Below, in pieces: positions 1 through 10,075 of a stretch of DNA of 64,000 nt. Made by a program: the position numbers and the translations under genes. Source of the stretch: a phage. The notes under the pieces are model-generated. The model was not told the origin of the DNA, searched no databases, and was given only the letters and a program-made list of their open reading frames with translations. Position 1 is the stretch's first letter; the number at the start of each line of letters is the position of its first letter. The stretch is taken from sequence record PZ379177.1. One strand, given 5' to 3'.

Positions 1-66
1 TTGCGCTGAATTGATGAATTTCATAAGTAACGCCAAACAAGTCAATTACTTTATTCTTTCTCATAT

Positions 67-939
67 TTATGCCGATGGTGCAACGCCGCCCGTCACCGTA
101 AATATATCATCACGACTTGCTAAATCATATTCAAGTTGCATGATGACAAATGTGGTGTCGTTCAAGCTTGGGTTTAAGACTGATTTGAATTTAACACCTT
201 GTGCAAGCTTCAAATCTGCGTTATACATACAAGTAAAGTCTGCACCCCACTCGTTCCACATCGGTATTCCGACAAATTCCTCAATGACCGTAATCTGGTC
301 TGGATTTAGAATTTTGTCTTTATCCTTGGCAATTAACGTATCGTCATCAATGTATGCCGCGATGGAGTTGCGTTGATAGTTCTGGATCTCAAGCAGCAGC
401 GCAGCAGCGACATATGTCGTTCTTCCTGGATTCACAAGTCGCTGATTGTTAATCGACGTATCACAAATAACAGTATCGATGTCCATTTGTTTTGCAGACC
501 ATTCCACAAACTCTTTGAAAGTCGGGTTGGATGGCGCAGCTTGAGTGATGAACTTAGTTCTGTTTATTTGGTTGGTGTAGCAAGTGATTCTGATGACAAT
601 ATTCGGCGGCGGCGCTGTTATCTCAACTGTCGTCACCTGTCCCTTGTATACCAAGTTGCTGCTGATTACATTCCCTTCTCTGTATCCAGCTTCAATAGTC
701 ACGTTGACGTAGTTCGCCGCCAGCTGGCCTTGATCACGCAGACGTTTGTTGAATGCCGTGAAGTTGGAAAGCAGGTACTCTCTCAAGTACCCTGTTAATC
801 CTGCGACTTCAATCGTGGCCTTATTCTGAACGGAAAGTGCTGCCTTTTTGATTCGGCATCTAAGCATCAATCCTTCGTCAAGCACTTGGCTTGTGCCATC
901 CGGCATGGATAAGGTGACTTTAAGGATTCTCTTTTTCAA
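67..939 (-). CDS. hypothetical tail/baseplate protein, immediately downstream of the tape-measure-like gene
   Basis: 290-aa ORF, 4-nt gap to upstream gene, position in tail module; no motif recognised. Confidence 0.4.
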   Translation of the reverse strand: MKKRILKVTLSMPDGTSQVLDEGLMLRCRIKKAALSVQNKATIEVAGLTGYLREYLLSNFTAFNKRLRDQGQLAANYVNVTIEAGYREGNVISSNLVYKGQVTTVEITAPPPNIVIRITCYTNQINRTKFITQAAPSNPTFKEFVEWSAKQMDIDTVICDTSINNQRLVNPGRTTYVAAALLLEIQNYQRNSIAAYIDDDTLIAKDKDKILNPDQITVIEEFVGIPMWNEWGADFTCMYNADLKLAQGVKFKSVLNPSLNDTTFVIMQLEYDLASRDDIFTVTGGVAPSA

Positions 940-943
940 ATGA

Positions 944-3124
944 TCACCACTTCAAAGGTGTAGCAGTAAGGTTGTTTATGTCGTTGATATCATCTTGTTC
1001 AAGCACGCGCTTAGTCTCAATAGCCGTGCTTCGTGGGTCTTGAGCGCCGTTGACGTTGATGACAACGTTTTTCTGACCCATAGTGATATCACGCCCACCA
1101 GGTCGACTATTCGCGGAGAGGTCGCCGCCGTATTTCTGGAACGCCTCAAGCTGGAATGCCGCAAGACGAGCATTCTTCATCGCTTCGGCCTGAATGTTCG
1201 GTCTTACGCCTGGAGTTGAAGCCAGCTGCATGTTTTTAATATAATCCCTTTGCGTTCCAAGTTTAAGGTAAGTTTGAGCAAAGTCAATATCACCTTTGTT
1301 AACTTGCCCTTGCATCAGCTGCTCAACTGGCACGTTTAGGTATCCTGCAATGGCTTCTTGCAACTGTCTGTATTGCACCGTTTGGCGGGATTGGCCTTGT
1401 ACTGGTGCATAGCTTCCTTTCGGCGCTTCTGCTCCGCTGCCGCTAAGAACTGGAGTAACTGGTGCACCTTGCGGCGCTCCTGTGGCGTATTCTCCATTCG
1501 CCTGTCGGTCGAGAGCAGCCATCACCTTGCCAGGATATGCACGGGTGTTCTTTCCCCATCCGCTGCGGTCATATCCACCGTGATACATAGTCAGGGCAAG
1601 ATTCCAATCGCCATTGGCAGCGGTTAAATATTCCTTGAGAAGTTGAGCGCCGCCCATAATGTTTTGTCTTGGGTCGTTACCGTCTGTAATGCCAAGTCCC
1701 TTGAAGTTGGAAGGCATTATTTGCATCAATCCGGTCGCGCCTGCTCCGCTCACAGCGTTAGGGTTGAATCCAGATTCGACTTCTGTGACGGCCTTCATCA
1801 TCGCAACAGGGATTCCATAACGCTTGGAGGCTTCCTCATAGATTGAGTCATATGCAGTCGGATTTCCTGACCCCAAGTTGTTGCCTACGGTCGCACCAGT
1901 GCTTAGTGCTGGCGTGCCAGGCATTGCGGATTGGCCTGCGCTTCGTCCTATCTCACCAGCCCATGCAGCCCACGCTTGTCGCTCATCAATAACACCAGCA
2001 AAGGTTGAAACGGCGCTTGAAAACAGGTTTATATCGCGAGTGAAAAGTGCTTGCGCAGAACGTTGTTCAGCCGCGTTTTGCTCCTGGTTCCTCTGGCGTT
2101 TCACATCGCCGTCAGCCATCTGAGTTATCCATCTATCAACGGCACGCTCGTGACGCTCGTTAACAGCCGCCTGTTTATCGAACGGGTGTTTCAAATCAGC
2201 GATGAAATTGTCGACAAATTCAGACCATCCATCAGACATCCTTTGGAACATCATCTGGAATCCTTCGACTGTATCGGCGGTCTTGCTGACAAGCATCGAG
2301 AATGCAGGCATCACGTTCTCACCGATTACCAGTTCAATGCGTCGCCAGTCTTCTTGAATTTGGCCCATGCTGTTTCGTATCGTTTCAAGCGCAGCCTGCT
2401 GTCTTTGCAGCTTCGCCGTTTCTTCGTCGCTTATACGGGTGCTTTCTTTGACTGATTGATTTCGCTCACGAAGCGCACGGACTTCATCGGCGGTAAAACC
2501 TGCCAGAGCACCAATAGCACGAGCGGTTTGCTCATTCACACTTCTCAGCTTTGTGCCAATTTCATCAAGCAGCTGGTTTGTGTCTTTGATGCCGCCGTTA
2601 CTGTTGAAAGGACTGGTCCCCATCTTGTTCAGAAGCAAGTTATCCTTGTTCATCACATCGGGGTTGGTGTATGCGTTAAATGCGAGATTAGAAGCCTTGC
2701 TGATTAAATCCCTTGACCCTTGCGCACCAAGAACTCCGCCTGAACTTTCATTCAATTGTCGCTGTAGTTGCTCCACTCCGATTGGTGAAAGCCCTGCTTC
2801 AAATCCAAGCTTCCTTTGCGCTTCATATTCTTTTCGAACATCAACGATTGATTTAACGACAACAGCCAATCCTGCAACAACAGGAACGAGCGCGGCGAAG
2901 CGATAAGTAAGCCGCGCAAGGATTCCGTCAATAGACCCCAGTTCAGCTGTGAGAGGCTTCAACTCACCAAACACATCTTTGAATGCTCCGGTGAAGTCTT
3001 TACCAGCGGACTTTGCCTTTTTGTTTGTCTGATCAACCTTATCTTGCAATTGCTCAAGACGATTGATGGACTCTTTCAAGTCCACCGTATATTGAAGCAC
3101 AAATTTTTCTAATGAGTCAGACAC
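944..3124 (-). CDS. tail tape-measure-like / tail lysin protein with C-terminal soluble lytic transglycosylase (SLT) domain
   Basis: 726 aa; coiled-coil N-terminus, hydrophobic segment ALVPVVAGLAVVV, SLT-like motif VTEVESGFNPNAVSGAGATGLMQIMP near C-terminus. Confidence 0.65.
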   Translation of the reverse strand: MSDSLEKFVLQYTVDLKESINRLEQLQDKVDQTNKKAKSAGKDFTGAFKDVFGELKPLTAELGSIDGILARLTYRFAALVPVVAGLAVVVKSIVDVRKEYEAQRKLGFEAGLSPIGVEQLQRQLNESSGGVLGAQGSRDLISKASNLAFNAYTNPDVMNKDNLLLNKMGTSPFNSNGGIKDTNQLLDEIGTKLRSVNEQTARAIGALAGFTADEVRALRERNQSVKESTRISDEETAKLQRQQAALETIRNSMGQIQEDWRRIELVIGENVMPAFSMLVSKTADTVEGFQMMFQRMSDGWSEFVDNFIADLKHPFDKQAAVNERHERAVDRWITQMADGDVKRQRNQEQNAAEQRSAQALFTRDINLFSSAVSTFAGVIDERQAWAAWAGEIGRSAGQSAMPGTPALSTGATVGNNLGSGNPTAYDSIYEEASKRYGIPVAMMKAVTEVESGFNPNAVSGAGATGLMQIMPSNFKGLGITDGNDPRQNIMGGAQLLKEYLTAANGDWNLALTMYHGGYDRSGWGKNTRAYPGKVMAALDRQANGEYATGAPQGAPVTPVLSGSGAEAPKGSYAPVQGQSRQTVQYRQLQEAIAGYLNVPVEQLMQGQVNKGDIDFAQTYLKLGTQRDYIKNMQLASTPGVRPNIQAEAMKNARLAAFQLEAFQKYGGDLSANSRPGGRDITMGQKNVVINVNGAQDPRSTAIETKRVLEQDDINDINNLTATPLKW

Positions 3125-3127
3125 AGT

Positions 3128-3544
3128 TTACCCCTTGTTTGGAGTCTCGCCGCTGAGGAATGGCGCGATTAATCGCATCGATTCGCCGATGAATGCTGCA
3201 GCCATTTCGCCGCCAGCTTGTTCCCAGTAGCCTTCACGCTCGGCGTGAGTATCTGGGTTTATACCGTTCTCCATGAGGACTGCTTCGAAGACTTCTTTAA
3301 GGTTTTCCCAGTCACCAAGATGGTTGTCAATTAGTGCACCAGTGCTTAATGGGATTTCTTGGCCCACATCAAGCTCGACTTTTGCGAAGCTCAACACTTC
3401 CATCGTATACTCTGAACGAAACGCAGGGTCCTTCGACATTGCAAATTCGACAAAGCGACGCTGAATATTCCAGCCTTCCATCGCAGTCATTTTGCTGATT
3501 TTGATTTCTACTGTACGACCAGTTTGTTTGTTGGTGATCTTCAT
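3128..3544 (-). CDS. hypothetical protein (possible tail assembly chaperone by position)
   Basis: 138-aa ORF tightly packed upstream of tape-measure-like gene. Confidence 0.4.
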   Translation of the reverse strand: MKITNKQTGRTVEIKISKMTAMEGWNIQRRFVEFAMSKDPAFRSEYTMEVLSFAKVELDVGQEIPLSTGALIDNHLGDWENLKEVFEAVLMENGINPDTHAEREGYWEQAGGEMAAAFIGESMRLIAPFLSGETPNKG

Positions 3545-3545
3545 T

Positions 3546-4106
3546 TTATATTCCTACTGTTGATTTTATTTTATTATATAACGAACTCACAGTTGTAGTC
3601 AAACTGACTGGTTCTTTAATAGCAACACCATTTGATGATTCGTCTGCAGATTGTTTAGGGTCGAAGCTTCCTTGAATGCTAAATGACGTTTGCTCGAAAG
3701 TTATTACTATTGAGACTCCATTCAAGTTTTCTTCTGACTGGGTTATTTCAACGTCGGACATCGACATTTTACTGGCAATGATGCTTCGAGAAGTTATTGA
3801 AAATGTGACTTCGTCATCATCAAATGAATTTATGATATTTTCAATTGTAGACTGGTCATTGCAAATTACGTTTAACGCCATATGGGCTGGCATTACAACC
3901 TTTGCCGCCTGTAAATTGCTTACTGATGACGTGCTTGATACTTCGACAACCTGCATGGCTGTACCAGCAAGAGGGAATTGAGTTGTTTCTGCTGGGGATG
4001 TTATTTCTGCAGAAACAGGTGAAAGCCTTGTCCAGACAGGAAGACCTGTTGACTCATTCGTTATGGTCAAAGATTGACCAGAAAGCAGAATCGAAACGAA
4101 GTCCAT
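3546..4106 (-). CDS. hypothetical tail-module protein
   Basis: 186-aa ORF, 1-nt gap to neighbour, same strand operon. Confidence 0.4.
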   Translation of the reverse strand: MDFVSILLSGQSLTITNESTGLPVWTRLSPVSAEITSPAETTQFPLAGTAMQVVEVSSTSSVSNLQAAKVVMPAHMALNVICNDQSTIENIINSFDDDEVTFSITSRSIIASKMSMSDVEITQSEENLNGVSIVITFEQTSFSIQGSFDPKQSADESSNGVAIKEPVSLTTTVSSLYNKIKSTVGI

Positions 4107-4639
4107 CAGAACATCCCCTTGATACCATTCATCACCTTTGTAGCGACGCCAGTGACGCTGGCAGAAGTTTCTTTTATGTATGCAATGCCGCGCTCTATTA
4201 CTGTTGAGTCGCCTGCCTGCGCTGTTTGAATAGACACATCCTGCTGTGTTAATATCTCATGGAAGACCAATTGTATGGGCTGAGATGTTATATTGTCAGC
4301 GTCCTGGCTGAAGTTGTTATTTTGCAGCACCATACGTTCGAATATTAGACCACGGGAATTAATTGTGTATATAGTCGACCTGTTTTGCAACATCTTAGCT
4401 ATTGCATCTGATGCGCTTTTCGTCTGAGCTATCACGGTGACAGTGAGTATTCGCGGCATCTTTACTCTGCCATCGACAATATAGCTGCCGTCTTCCCTTT
4501 GGTTTTTGAATATCTTCGCTTGGAGTCTTATTTTAACGTTAACAATCGCCCAACCAAGCGTTGACACTTCCCCAAGGTTGAAGCTTCTTATTGTGAAGCT
4601 TCTGTTGGAAAGACTATATGACAATAAATCGATAGCCAT
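4106..4639 (-). CDS. hypothetical tail-module protein
   Basis: 177-aa ORF, start/stop overlap with neighbours. Confidence 0.4.
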   Translation of the reverse strand: MAIDLLSYSLSNRSFTIRSFNLGEVSTLGWAIVNVKIRLQAKIFKNQREDGSYIVDGRVKMPRILTVTVIAQTKSASDAIAKMLQNRSTIYTINSRGLIFERMVLQNNNFSQDADNITSQPIQLVFHEILTQQDVSIQTAQAGDSTVIERGIAYIKETSASVTGVATKVMNGIKGMF

Positions 4640-5136
4640 TAAATTGACCCCAATATGCTCTGCACCACGCCTTTTGCAATTTGCGATGTGCTCTGTGCGC
4701 CGCCGTAGCTGGCAAACACGAATGTGTATCTGTTTGTCTTACGACGACCGGACTGCTCAATGGAGTCGCCAAGCGGACCGCTGATGATGGTCCCGTTCGA
4801 AAACGCCACTCTGCCGCCATCAGGATATGTAATAAGCATTGATGTGACATCCTGGATAGGAAGCCACTTGAATCCGCCTTTACGAGCGGAAAGCAAAAGC
4901 TTTAGGTTTATGTCATCTTCAGTGTTTGGGATCACCGCAATGGATACGCGAACGACGGCGGCCTTGTCATAAATACAAATGCCGCCGTCATAAGTAAGTT
5001 GATAGCCTACTGATTCAACTTCCTCAATAATTAGCGAATCCTGGTCATCAGACAAAGAACTGATATTCAGCCCAACAGGAAAAGATTGGAGAGCGACAAT
5101 TCTAATGCTTGTGCCAAATCCACTAATATTGACCAT
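4639..5136 (-). CDS. tail tube-like protein, paralog of 6087..6554
   Basis: 165 aa; N-terminus MVNISGFGTSIRIVA and later blocks align to 6087..6554 product (MINVSGFGASIRLVA; LTYPSG/ITYPDG). Confidence 0.5.
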   Translation of the reverse strand: MVNISGFGTSIRIVALQSFPVGLNISSLSDDQDSLIIEEVESVGYQLTYDGGICIYDKAAVVRVSIAVIPNTEDDINLKLLLSARKGGFKWLPIQDVTSMLITYPDGGRVAFSNGTIISGPLGDSIEQSGRRKTNRYTFVFASYGGAQSTSQIAKGVVQSILGSI

Positions 5137-5138
5137 GT

Positions 5139-5405
5139 TTACTCCGCAGATGCAGATTTAACTGCTGCAAGAATTTCATCCTTATAAGAAAGACCTTTGA
5201 TGTCAATCTCATGTTCCTTTGCATAAGCCTTCAATTCAGAGACGCTCATTGAATCAAAATCAACTTTCGATTCCACTTCCTTCTCTTCAACCTGTTCTTT
5301 CTTCTCCGCAACAGGGTTTGAAGTCTTTTTGAATAATTCCGATGCGTCTTCAAATTTTTCGCCAAATTTCATGACGCCATTAGCAAAATGAATTACTTGT
5401 GCCAT
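5139..5405 (-). CDS. hypothetical protein
   Basis: 88-aa ORF in tail operon, acidic, no motif. Confidence 0.4.
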   Translation of the reverse strand: MAQVIHFANGVMKFGEKFEDASELFKKTSNPVAEKKEQVEEKEVESKVDFDSMSVSELKAYAKEHEIDIKGLSYKDEILAAVKSASAE

Positions 5406-5761
5406 TATTGATTACTCACCTTTATACGTTCGCCATAAATAGTCACCACTTCAGCGGTGAATCCAAGAATACCGTTTTGGATGGTGACAGTCAATGAGTC
5501 GATTCCGGCAACGTCTGCTTTCTTCAGAATAGCATCTGCAATCGACTTTCTCGCACCGTCTTCATCAACGGGCGATTTGAAAACAGTGCCTAAATAATCG
5601 ACTCCGTTTTCAACATCGTACAAGTCTTCACCAAGTCGCAGTTGATGCGCTGCCTTGATAACTTGTACCATGGCCTTTTCTCCTGACAGAATATTCAAAT
5701 TTCTTCCATCAGGCAGAAACAGGTCGTTGTTATCATTAACTTCAATCGTTAGAGTTGTCAA
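5405..5761 (-). CDS. hypothetical protein
   Basis: 118-aa ORF, start overlaps upstream stop. Confidence 0.4.
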   Translation of the reverse strand: MTTLTIEVNDNNDLFLPDGRNLNILSGEKAMVQVIKAAHQLRLGEDLYDVENGVDYLGTVFKSPVDEDGARKSIADAILKKADVAGIDSLTVTIQNGILGFTAEVVTIYGERIKVSNQ

Positions 5762-6087
5762 ATTGCAAACTCCGCTTCAGCAGTTTTCTGGAATTCAGCC
5801 AACTCAGATTCTGACATGTAATATAAATTACAGCCGCCAGAGTTAAAATTCTCATAATCGGGTGTGCTGTCAAAAATAAAATTGCCGTACCCAATCATGA
5901 GATATTTATAAGGCACCATTGGTATACCACCAAAACAACGTACCCCCTGAATCAACAATTCGCCATTGCGGTAAACATCTGCGCACATGTGCTCAATTGC
6001 GGCGAATATGTGCAGCTGCCAATAAGCACCGTCAACGTTAAAGCTGATATTCTGGTTAGGTACGCTGTCAAGTGGTATTTGATACAT
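5758..6087 (-). CDS. hypothetical protein
   Basis: 109-aa ORF, overlapping start/stop with neighbours. Confidence 0.4.
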   Translation of the reverse strand: MYQIPLDSVPNQNISFNVDGAYWQLHIFAAIEHMCADVYRNGELLIQGVRCFGGIPMVPYKYLMIGYGNFIFDSTPDYENFNSGGCNLYYMSESELAEFQKTAEAEFAI

Positions 6088-6554
6088 TATAAAATCTCTT
6101 GGTTGCTCACGCCAGTTTTGACTACGTTCTCAAACTTAAAGCGATATTGACGTGTTTTTACACGACCCTGAGACTGGATGCCAGGAATTACTGAGCCAGT
6201 CGTCAAAGTGCCCTTGTTCAGTGTAATGACCATGCCAGAAGGGTAGGTCAGAATAAGGGTGATCACGTCTTTCGCAGAGTTCTTTCGCTTGCCTACACGG
6301 TTAGCCGCTGCCAGAACATCTAAGTTCACATCGCTTTCAGAAGTAGGGATGATGTTGACGCCTACTTCAAGAGGGTTGGCACGGTTCCATACTACCAGGT
6401 CACCGTTCAATCCCATTGCTGCTTCAGAGATTTGAAGATCAGGCGCGTCAATCGGATCAGCATCATCTGCGAAATCAGAAAGAGTTACACCATTTGGAAA
6501 AGTGTTTGATGCCACTAAACGAATCGAAGCGCCAAAACCGGAAACGTTAATCAT
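6087..6554 (-). CDS. tail tube-like protein
   Basis: 155 aa; directly downstream of sheath-like gene; paralog of 4639..5136. Confidence 0.5.
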   Translation of the reverse strand: MINVSGFGASIRLVASNTFPNGVTLSDFADDADPIDAPDLQISEAAMGLNGDLVVWNRANPLEVGVNIIPTSESDVNLDVLAAANRVGKRKNSAKDVITLILTYPSGMVITLNKGTLTTGSVIPGIQSQGRVKTRQYRFKFENVVKTGVSNQEIL

Positions 6555-6601
6555 TACAGATTCCTCTCAGAGAGATGGCCGCCAGTTACGGCGGCAATTA
6601 T

Positions 6602-8140
6602 TTAGATAAGAACGTCACGACCTTCAACGCGACGCACAGCATCATCTTTAGAGTAGATTAGCGTGTATGTTGCATAGTATTCGGTGCGCCCATCGGAAGT
6701 GGTTTCAGTATCAAAATCTACAGTCAGCCAGTAACCGATAGTTTCAACCTGCCGCCAAGCAGTGTTGTCACCGGAAGTTTGCGTGATGTATTGTTTCTGA
6801 ATCTCAGTCAGCGCCTTGCCAACAGAGATGGTGCCGTTCACTTTTGCGTTATCCACAGCAACCTGAATCATGGCTTGCACAGTCGCCTTCCCTTCTTCGT
6901 TAGCAGGGACGCGACCAAGATTCAAGAACATGCTGAACAGCTGAGATGTAATAGCAGACTTGAGCCACATTTCGTTGGCATAAGTGTTCATATCAACTGC
7001 TGCTGTCGACCCGCCCATCAATACGCCGCGCTGGAAGAATGCCAAGGTTTGTCCGGCCTGCTGAGTAGCACCGATGTAGTTCGCACGGTTTTGATCAGCA
7101 GTATCTGCGCGAGAGTCAGTTGAAACAGTCACGTTGCGAGTATCAAACTGATAATACATGTAGTTTTGAGTCGCATTCACAGTATTATAGTTTGTTGCCG
7201 CGAGGATTTCAGCAGGTGCTTGGTCGATGTAATCGTTGGCAAGGTTAGTTGCGCGAATCATCATGCCAACGCCTGAGTACCCTTTCAGAGCGGTGTAGTA
7301 TGACCCGATATTAGCGAACGAAGTCGAGAATAAATACATGTACATATTATTCTGCGAATGAGTCCACGCTGCCACAGCGGTAATTTCTTCCAGAGTTCGG
7401 TCAGCCCCAGCAAAAAGGAATGAGCCAAAGTTGTTGGAGATTTCCACAGATGCCGCGATGGCTTCTACCGGACTTGAAACGCCCTGGCCTGCAACGGTTA
7501 CGGTGCCAGTGGTGGTCCAACCCAATGCTTGAGACGGGTCGGTCGGTTGGCCTGTGACGTTGATAGACAGGTTGCCTGCACCAGCGGTCGACGGCGCTGC
7601 TTCCAGTGTAAACTGCTGAGTATTAGCATTCCAATACACTTCTGCATCAGCAAGTGCAGGCACCGACGTGCCACCAGCTGATGCAAATTTAGTATTGATT
7701 GCCGTTTCCAGAAGTTCAGCCACATTTGCCAGACTTGTTGCCGCTGAAAGGTTAATTGCGTCAGTCAGGTAGTCTGTACCATCATAAGTAATGCTTAAGA
7801 TAGCGCCAGTAAATGCTTGAAAAGTAGCAAGCACTTTAGGCTCAGTATCACCGATGACCATTGCTGGAATCGCAGTTGAAACAATGCGCGAGAAGCTGAT
7901 TGAATCAGGTGAGTTAATTTGCTTGCTGATGAATCCAAAATATAATGCTGCGCGCTTATATTCTTCGGAAGAATAACCGAAATATGATCCAACAGCATCA
8001 GCCGTTGAAAATTCTGCTACAATGCCAGGCGGCAGAACTGTATTAGAAGTCATGACGCGAAGAGACAGTTTGCGAACTGCAACAGCCGCGCCTGCTCCGA
8101 CCCCTGATACAATTTTAATATAACGAGATTGACTGATCAC
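6602..8140 (-). CDS. tail sheath-like protein
   Basis: 512 aa, Thr/Ala/Gly-rich structural protein followed by tube-like gene; assignment by gene order and composition only. Confidence 0.45.
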   Translation of the reverse strand: MISQSRYIKIVSGVGAGAAVAVRKLSLRVMTSNTVLPPGIVAEFSTADAVGSYFGYSSEEYKRAALYFGFISKQINSPDSISFSRIVSTAIPAMVIGDTEPKVLATFQAFTGAILSITYDGTDYLTDAINLSAATSLANVAELLETAINTKFASAGGTSVPALADAEVYWNANTQQFTLEAAPSTAGAGNLSINVTGQPTDPSQALGWTTTGTVTVAGQGVSSPVEAIAASVEISNNFGSFLFAGADRTLEEITAVAAWTHSQNNMYMYLFSTSFANIGSYYTALKGYSGVGMMIRATNLANDYIDQAPAEILAATNYNTVNATQNYMYYQFDTRNVTVSTDSRADTADQNRANYIGATQQAGQTLAFFQRGVLMGGSTAAVDMNTYANEMWLKSAITSQLFSMFLNLGRVPANEEGKATVQAMIQVAVDNAKVNGTISVGKALTEIQKQYITQTSGDNTAWRQVETIGYWLTVDFDTETTSDGRTEYYATYTLIYSKDDAVRRVEGRDVLI

Positions 8141-8152
8141 GTCGGTGTCCTC

Positions 8153-8638
8153 TTATTTAATGACTTGGCTGCTGACAGATTGCCACATGAGGCTGGTGTG
8201 AATCAAAGGCTTGTCGAATCCCTTCACACGTACAGTATATCTGGCGTTTGGTTGCCACGGTCCGTTTTTAATTGATTCGACAATCTTTGCTTCCATCGCA
8301 AGCCCAATTTGACCCAATGCCTGTCTAGCGTCTATTTTACCGGAAAAAATCTTTTTAGCAATTTTATTCTCTATTTCACTGCGCTCACTAACGAATAATT
8401 CATAGGCATATCTCATGAATGGTCTGGGTGGCACTTCCACCCTGACTGGGCCTTGTCCAAAGTTCAAAACGGCTATGTGACCAAATTCGTTAAGTCGCGC
8501 GACTTCTGACACCAGTATGCCTTCTCCACCAGTTTCTGAAGGGTATCTGGTGGAATCAAACCATCCTGCTTCAACAGTAAGACCCTTCATAGATTGAAGC
8601 GCCTTAATTTGTTTTTCTATCATTTTTGATTTTGTCAT
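8153..8638 (-). CDS. hypothetical head-tail joining/completion protein
   Basis: ORF 8153..8698 trimmed to internal Met (MTKSKMIEK) to avoid 59-nt overlap. Confidence 0.4.
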   Translation of the reverse strand: MTKSKMIEKQIKALQSMKGLTVEAGWFDSTRYPSETGGEGILVSEVARLNEFGHIAVLNFGQGPVRVEVPPRPFMRYAYELFVSERSEIENKIAKKIFSGKIDARQALGQIGLAMEAKIVESIKNGPWQPNARYTVRVKGFDKPLIHTSLMWQSVSSQVIK

Positions 8639-8639
8639 A

Positions 8640-9221
8640 TTACACCGGAACGTCACCCAAATCATTATTAACAGCTCTTGCCACTGCAGGAGTATCAATT
8701 GAAATTGCGTTTCTGTGAAGTATTACCAAATCAAAAGAAGGGAATGATTCGAATTGAGACATGTCATCATAAAACTTTTCATTATTATTCATGTCGATTC
8801 GATATACTGAAGCTTGGTGCTTTTTAAACCAATCTCTCAGATTAGCTTTATGAGTTATGAATCTTGCCAAATAAGTCAACACGTCATTAGCAGTAGGCTT
8901 TTCTGGATTGCCAGGAACTTCTGGGAATAAGCCGCTGATTTGAAAACGTGTTGCGTATATCTGATCTTCAATATCTTTAAATTTTCCGTTTACAAATTGA
9001 GACTCATCATTGACAAATTCACTTTTCCTCATGGACCATCCAAACGGAACTGAGAATAAAAGGTTAAACCAAATTTGGTCACCAGTCGGAATACCCTGTT
9101 GAGTCGGTTGATACTTTTTCTGGACCGGAACAGCAGAAAGGTCTGCACGACTATACGCCGCCAGACCTTCTTCAATTCGCGTTGCCAGCATGTCAATCAG
9201 GTCGACATCTGTCATATACAC
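8640..9221 (-). CDS. hypothetical protein
   Basis: 193-aa ORF in structural operon. Confidence 0.4.
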   Translation of the reverse strand: MYMTDVDLIDMLATRIEEGLAAYSRADLSAVPVQKKYQPTQQGIPTGDQIWFNLLFSVPFGWSMRKSEFVNDESQFVNGKFKDIEDQIYATRFQISGLFPEVPGNPEKPTANDVLTYLARFITHKANLRDWFKKHQASVYRIDMNNNEKFYDDMSQFESFPSFDLVILHRNAISIDTPAVARAVNNDLGDVPV

Positions 9222-9222
9222 C

Positions 9223-9609
9223 TCAAGTAGACACTGGAAAGCTTTGTTTTATTTCCACGGCAAGGCAAGTCGTCCAACCATCTTGGTCAAACCATGTCGT
9301 TTCATCTTCCATTTTATACGTTTTCCCACCAAACACAAAATAGTCGCCGGAAGCGTCGCGGTCAAGGTCAACAATGTCTTTGTCTACCCAGATTTTGACA
9401 TAGTTCTTTTGAAGCTCCAATCCAAGCTCGACGTATTGATTTCGAAGAACAGCCTGCACCGAAGCAAGTAGCGTGATTGGTTCTTCATAAGTGGTAACGT
9501 AGTTGCGCATTTTATCAAGAGCGCGCCCCTTGTACATGTAATATTGAATCGGTTGGCGACCGATGACCTTTGTCGCAACTCGATATAAGTTTACGCCAGG
9601 AATCCTCAC
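9223..9609 (-). CDS. hypothetical protein
   Basis: 128-aa ORF in structural operon. Confidence 0.4.
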   Translation of the reverse strand: MRIPGVNLYRVATKVIGRQPIQYYMYKGRALDKMRNYVTTYEEPITLLASVQAVLRNQYVELGLELQKNYVKIWVDKDIVDLDRDASGDYFVFGGKTYKMEDETTWFDQDGWTTCLAVEIKQSFPVST

Positions 9610-10070
9610 CAGAATACCCCACCAATTTTACGAAATCCTTCGCGCTCTGGAAGACCGCCAAACGACAAGCCGCCGACAGCCAGTGCTTGCAGAAGCGCCC
9701 AAAGCGCCATGCCATAAGGAGTGCTTGAAAGCCAGTATTCCCAACCATCACTTGCAGGCGGCGCTACCTTATTCACGGTGATGTCACCGATTGTTGCACC
9801 AGTCACGAAGCCGCCTTGTTCAACTCCGTCACCAGAAGACACAGACACCTGTTGGTCTGTGGCTATGCATAAAAGATGAGCCGTCATATATTCCAATGCC
9901 AGCTCCAATTTACTGCCATTTAAAACACGACAAGGACTGTCTTGTGATTCAATAAATTCACATGCCATGTCATAGAATACTTGAAGCGTTGCGTCAGGGA
10001 ATTTGACCTGATCAGCAAACTGTGGAAATTTTATTCTGAACTTGTCGTAATCTAATGACATGGCATTCAC
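9606..10070 (-). CDS. hypothetical protein
   Basis: 154-aa ORF, 4-nt overlap with neighbour. Confidence 0.4.
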   Translation of the reverse strand: MNAMSLDYDKFRIKFPQFADQVKFPDATLQVFYDMACEFIESQDSPCRVLNGSKLELALEYMTAHLLCIATDQQVSVSSGDGVEQGGFVTGATIGDITVNKVAPPASDGWEYWLSSTPYGMALWALLQALAVGGLSFGGLPEREGFRKIGGVFW

Positions 10071-10075
10071 CTTAT

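Noticed and set aside
976-2906. Multiple 60-130-aa ORFs on both strands inside the tape-measure-like gene (e.g. 1358..1627, 2051..2455, 2553..2906)
   Set aside because: All lie within a single long, motif-supported CDS (944..3124) and lack start signals; typical out-of-frame shadows in a GC-balanced gene.
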